This document shows positions 60,455 through 64,000 of a stretch of 64,000 nucleotides of DNA, piece by piece. The first letter of the stretch is position 1; each line of letters begins with the position of its first letter. The DNA comes from Nitrospirales bacterium (GTDB lineage: Bacteria > Nitrospirota > Nitrospiria > Nitrospirales > UBA8639), in assembly GCA_965223295.1 (NCBI GenBank), contig CBDCWC010000002.1:64001-128000 (forward strand). Direction: 5' to 3'. Made by a program: the position numbers and the translations under genes. The notes beneath the pieces are model-generated. The model had not been told where the DNA came from and did not search any database. It saw nothing but the letters and a program-made list of their open reading frames with translations.

Positions 60455-62431
60455 CTAAGTTGAAGTATTGTGGAAAAATATATACTCAATTCCGAGTCGG
60501 AAGGTGAGAGGCGGGGCGGGAAACCCGCGAAAGTTTTCATAGGAGGCATTGGTCAGGTTTTCCAAAGCCACATACCCGCGCCAGTTTGGGGTAGGAAGAT
60601 AGGTGATCGTGGTGTCGGCTTTGGTATAGCCTCCCACGCGAGCTATTTGGGTGGGTATTTGGAAGTCCATTCGTGAACTGACAATGGTCACCCGGCTGCT
60701 CAGGCTGAGGTTGGGAAACAGTTGAACGGTCAATCCTAATCCACCTCGCCATTTGGGTCGATTTCTTAAGAGGTCTCCAGTTCCGGTGGAGCGGGTGGTT
60801 AAATAAGTAAGATTACCCTGGAATGAGACAGAGGCATTAGGAGAGAGTCCCAAAGAAAATTCCCAGCCCTTTGTCCTGGCCGACTTGAGATTTGTCAGTT
60901 GAAAGATTCCTTGGTCCAAAAGATCCGGATCTAAATCGATGAGTCCGCGAAAGCGATTCTGAAAATAGGTGATCGAGGCCGTGATTTCTTGGTGAGATGT
61001 GGCATACTCCAGGCCGATGTCCCAGCCTGTGTTGGTTTCTGGTTTTAAGTTAGGGTTACCAATAAGCGGATCGCCTAGGCTGGCTAGTCCCGGCAACTTA
61101 AAGCCTTTGCCGTAGGCGCCACGAACATGCAGTAACGGAAGCAATGTATATCGTGCGCTCATTCGAGGACTTAGTTGAGGTTGCGATTGTTTGGTTAGGT
61201 CTAGGCGCGCGCCGGTGTTGAGCGTGAATGTTTCCCAGGGAGTCGTGGTGAGTTCGACAAAACTCCCCCCAAATGTCCGGTTCAGAGAAAAATCCAATGG
61301 TTCATCAGCAGGACCTCCCAGCGAACTCAAGTCTTGTGTGCCGTCACGGTGTCCTCTTTCGTGCGTGAGTTGTCCGCCAAAGGAGAATGTCCAATGCGGT
61401 GTTATTGTCCAGGTTTCAATGAGACGCCCCTGATAACGCTGATAATCGGTGGTAAAGCGGGCTGGAGGAATTTGGAACTGAGACGGAGAAGAGAGAACTC
61501 CCGGGCTGTCTACATCTTGAGAGCGTTTGGATAGGCTCAAAAAAAATTGATGATCCCAAGTGTCGGGAATGGAAAAAGAAGTTGTGAAGCCTGTCAAGAA
61601 TGAGTGTGTGTCGCGCTTCTCCGTTTCCTGTAAAAGCGCAAAGGTAGGACCGCCACTGCCTTCAGGAAAATTTTTCACTGAAGTATCCGTATAATTGCCG
61701 GTGAGACGAACATTCCAATGAGGTTCTGAATGCATGCCGAAGTTCCAAGCGATGGTATGTTGAGAAAATGCGTCTTTCTCAACTTGTTCGCCATTGTGGG
61801 AATGGGATGCTGACAGGTTTGCGGATACGGGGCCTAAGATGCCCTGGCCTTGGATCACGCCTCTGACTGAATCAAATCGTCCGCCTTCAAGGAGAATGCG
61901 ACCTTTTGTCTGTTCCGAATCCATGTCTGTCACGAGATTAACCGCACCGGCCATGGCCTCAGAGCCATAGAATGCCGAGAGCGGCCCACGGACGATTTCA
62001 ACGCGCGAGACTTGGTCAATGGGGATTGTTGAAAGGTCTACCGAACCACCGCGTTGGTCAGTGGTATCATTGAGAGGGATGCCATCGATCATGACTAAGG
62101 TGAAGTTTGGATCGGCACCGCGAAGGTAGATCGAGCTGATTCCCGCACGGCCACCCATTTCATCAAGATGCACTCCAGAGATCTGCTGGAGCATACTGCT
62201 AAGACGATTGGGTTGAAGGGATGACAATTTTTTCTGATCGAGGAGTTCATGACTTTGTGTCGTACGGTCAAGTCGAGTAGGATGCGCAGATCCGGTTACA
62301 AAGATTGGATCAAGGGTAGGGATAGTCAAGTCATCGGCATGCCCCATTGAAGTGCCGAATAAGTTAGATGCCAAAGCGATGGTGTAGAAGTATTTGATGA
62401 GGAAAACGGACTTATTGTACAAGGACATCAC
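60455..62431 (-). CDS. TonB-dependent receptor (BtuB-like)
   Basis: TonB box PIFVTG, plug (IYLRG, VMIDG, VEIVRGPLSAFYGSEAMAG), NPNLKPE, ENLTNASY. Confidence 0.9.
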   Translation of the reverse strand: MMSLYNKSVFLIKYFYTIALASNLFGTSMGHADDLTIPTLDPIFVTGSAHPTRLDRTTQSHELLDQKKLSSLQPNRLSSMLQQISGVHLDEMGGRAGISSIYLRGADPNFTLVMIDGIPLNDTTDQRGGSVDLSTIPIDQVSRVEIVRGPLSAFYGSEAMAGAVNLVTDMDSEQTKGRILLEGGRFDSVRGVIQGQGILGPVSANLSASHSHNGEQVEKDAFSQHTIAWNFGMHSEPHWNVRLTGNYTDTSVKNFPEGSGGPTFALLQETEKRDTHSFLTGFTTSFSIPDTWDHQFFLSLSKRSQDVDSPGVLSSPSQFQIPPARFTTDYQRYQGRLIETWTITPHWTFSFGGQLTHERGHRDGTQDLSSLGGPADEPLDFSLNRTFGGSFVELTTTPWETFTLNTGARLDLTKQSQPQLSPRMSARYTLLPLLHVRGAYGKGFKLPGLASLGDPLIGNPNLKPETNTGWDIGLEYATSHQEITASITYFQNRFRGLIDLDPDLLDQGIFQLTNLKSARTKGWEFSLGLSPNASVSFQGNLTYLTTRSTGTGDLLRNRPKWRGGLGLTVQLFPNLSLSSRVTIVSSRMDFQIPTQIARVGGYTKADTTITYLPTPNWRGYVALENLTNASYENFRGFPAPPLTFRLGIEYIFFHNTST

Positions 62432-62550
62432 GATGTTGTTTGATGTGTTGCAGGTACACAGACGGCTGTGAGATTGTACTGAATGTGGAGCTTGATCTGT
62501 AATCTTTAAATCCTTCTCTGAAAATTTTCTCCTTCAATCACAACCTGGTT

Positions 62551-63906
62551 ATGTCACAAGAAGAGACTTCTCCGAAAGCGTTGGATGGTTTGGCTATGCC
62601 TCCGGGTGTCTTGCATCTAGTAGCGAACGAGGGGGCGGAACGGTTTAGCTACTATGGGATGCGGGCAATTCTGGTGGTGTTCATGACCAGTCTGCTCATG
62701 AACAGCCAGGGAGAACTTGAGCCTATGGGTGAGGCGGAGGCAAAGACGTATTTTCATCTTTTTGCTTCAGCTGTGTACTTCTTTCCGTTTGCCGGAGCGT
62801 TGTTAGCAGATGTCTGGTGGGGGAAATACCGCACAATTTTTTTGTTGTCTCTTGTCTATTGTGCAGGGCACGTGGCCTTGTCTCTGGATCATACTCGAGT
62901 GGGTCTCTTGATTGGGTTGGCACTCATTGCTATTGGCTCCGGAGGCATTAAGCCCTGTGTGTCAGCTCTGCTTGGCGACCAGTTTGATTCGAACAATCAA
63001 CAACTGCTTCCCAAAGCTTTTTCCTGGTTTTATTTTGCCATCAATGTCGGGGCGTTCTGTTCCATGATGGTTACGCCTATATTACTCGATCGGTATGGGC
63101 CAGGGCTGGCTTTTGGTGTTCCGGGAATTCTGATGTTTGTGGCGACATTTATTTTCTGGATGGGCCGGCAACGGTATACGCTCATTCCACCGGATAGAAT
63201 TGGGGTTCTTCGAGAGTTAAAAAGTCCTGCAGCTTGGCAAGCCATTTTCAAATTGTCCGGCATCTATATATTTGTCGCATTTTTTTGGTCTCTGTACGAT
63301 CAAACGTCTTCTGCTTGGGTTTTGCAAGCACAGCACATGGATCGCCAGTGGATGGGGATAGAATGGCTGCCGACTCAAATTCAAGCTATTAACCCGATTT
63401 TGATTTTGTTGTTTATTCCACTCTTTGTGTATGGGATCTATCCCTTGTTAGGGCGCTGTATAGAATTAACGGCCTTAAGAAAAATCTCGATAGGGTTTTT
63501 TGTGACGGTAGTGGCGTTTATGATTTCGGCGTACATTGAACAACTCATAGCTCGGGGGCAGGTACCAACTATTGCCTGGCAAATATTGGCCTTTGTGGTC
63601 ATCACGGCGGCTGAAGTGATGGTCTCGATTACCTGTCTGGAGTTTTCCTATACGCAAGCCCCGCTGAAACTCAAGTCGCTGATCATGGGACTGTTTTTAC
63701 TCTCGGTCTCTCTCGGAAACGGCTTTACTGCCTTAGTAAATTATTGGATTCAAAATCCGGATGGCAGTGTGGCGCTCACTGGCCCAGACTATTACTGGTT
63801 CTTTGCTGGTGTGATGTTTGTGGTGGCTTGTATGTTTCTCTTTGTGGTGGGCAGGTATCAGGAAACGACTTACCTTCAAGGTTCAGAGCGAAAAGCGGAG
63901 GCATGA
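62551..63906 (+). CDS. POT/PTR-family proton-dependent oligopeptide transporter
   Basis: ERFSYYGMR, GSGGIKP, FYFAINVG, QAINP. Confidence 0.93.
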   Translation: MSQEETSPKALDGLAMPPGVLHLVANEGAERFSYYGMRAILVVFMTSLLMNSQGELEPMGEAEAKTYFHLFASAVYFFPFAGALLADVWWGKYRTIFLLSLVYCAGHVALSLDHTRVGLLIGLALIAIGSGGIKPCVSALLGDQFDSNNQQLLPKAFSWFYFAINVGAFCSMMVTPILLDRYGPGLAFGVPGILMFVATFIFWMGRQRYTLIPPDRIGVLRELKSPAAWQAIFKLSGIYIFVAFFWSLYDQTSSAWVLQAQHMDRQWMGIEWLPTQIQAINPILILLFIPLFVYGIYPLLGRCIELTALRKISIGFFVTVVAFMISAYIEQLIARGQVPTIAWQILAFVVITAAEVMVSITCLEFSYTQAPLKLKSLIMGLFLLSVSLGNGFTALVNYWIQNPDGSVALTGPDYYWFFAGVMFVVACMFLFVVGRYQETTYLQGSERKAEA

Positions 63907-64000
63907 AAGTCGTGAATTCGCTACTTAGCAGAAGGTGCCACGTGGGTTTCTTGCCGAAGATAGAGAATTTGGTTAACCCGAAAAGCCTGGTCGTAATCGC

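Noticed and set aside
62432-62550. Cobalamin riboswitch ahead of the BtuB-like receptor
   Set aside because: The gap is only about 120 nt and no B12-box or other conserved riboswitch motif was recognised.

Overview
Bacterial chromosomal window of roughly 50% GC. The dispersed repeat family and several hypothetical proteins resemble Nitrospirota/Nitrospirales, but that assignment is inference. The left 31 kb is a surface-adhesion locus. Two LEPR-motif/DUF4347 giant adhesins (one on the minus strand running off the window, one of about 5668 aa containing fifteen near-identical 288-bp repeats with two compensating 1-bp indels) flank a four-gene export operon: TolC, membrane-fusion protein, GAF-like/HlyD and M50 site-2-protease/HlyD. 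No ABC ATPase or RND pump gene is present. The locus also carries a vapBC module, a MITE-truncated remnant of a third adhesin C-terminus and a PAS-GGDEF cyclase. The right 33 kb mixes housekeeping genes (glnS, ettA, purE, ogt, Prx6, TrmH, NUDIX, POT, TonB receptor) with c-di-GMP-type genes (GGDEF, 2 HDOD). It also holds isolated genes from families usually seen in defence or mobile islands: TIGR04255, a degenerate nuclease-like protein, a DUF6499/DUF2285 activator and a fused double DUF2791/BrxD-like ATPase. Several of these genes lie behind sigma28-like promoter motifs. Seven copies of a modular, nested MITE-like repeat are scattered through intergenic space. No rRNA, tRNA, CRISPR array or transposase was seen. 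Family assignments are from motif recognition only; no database searches were run.
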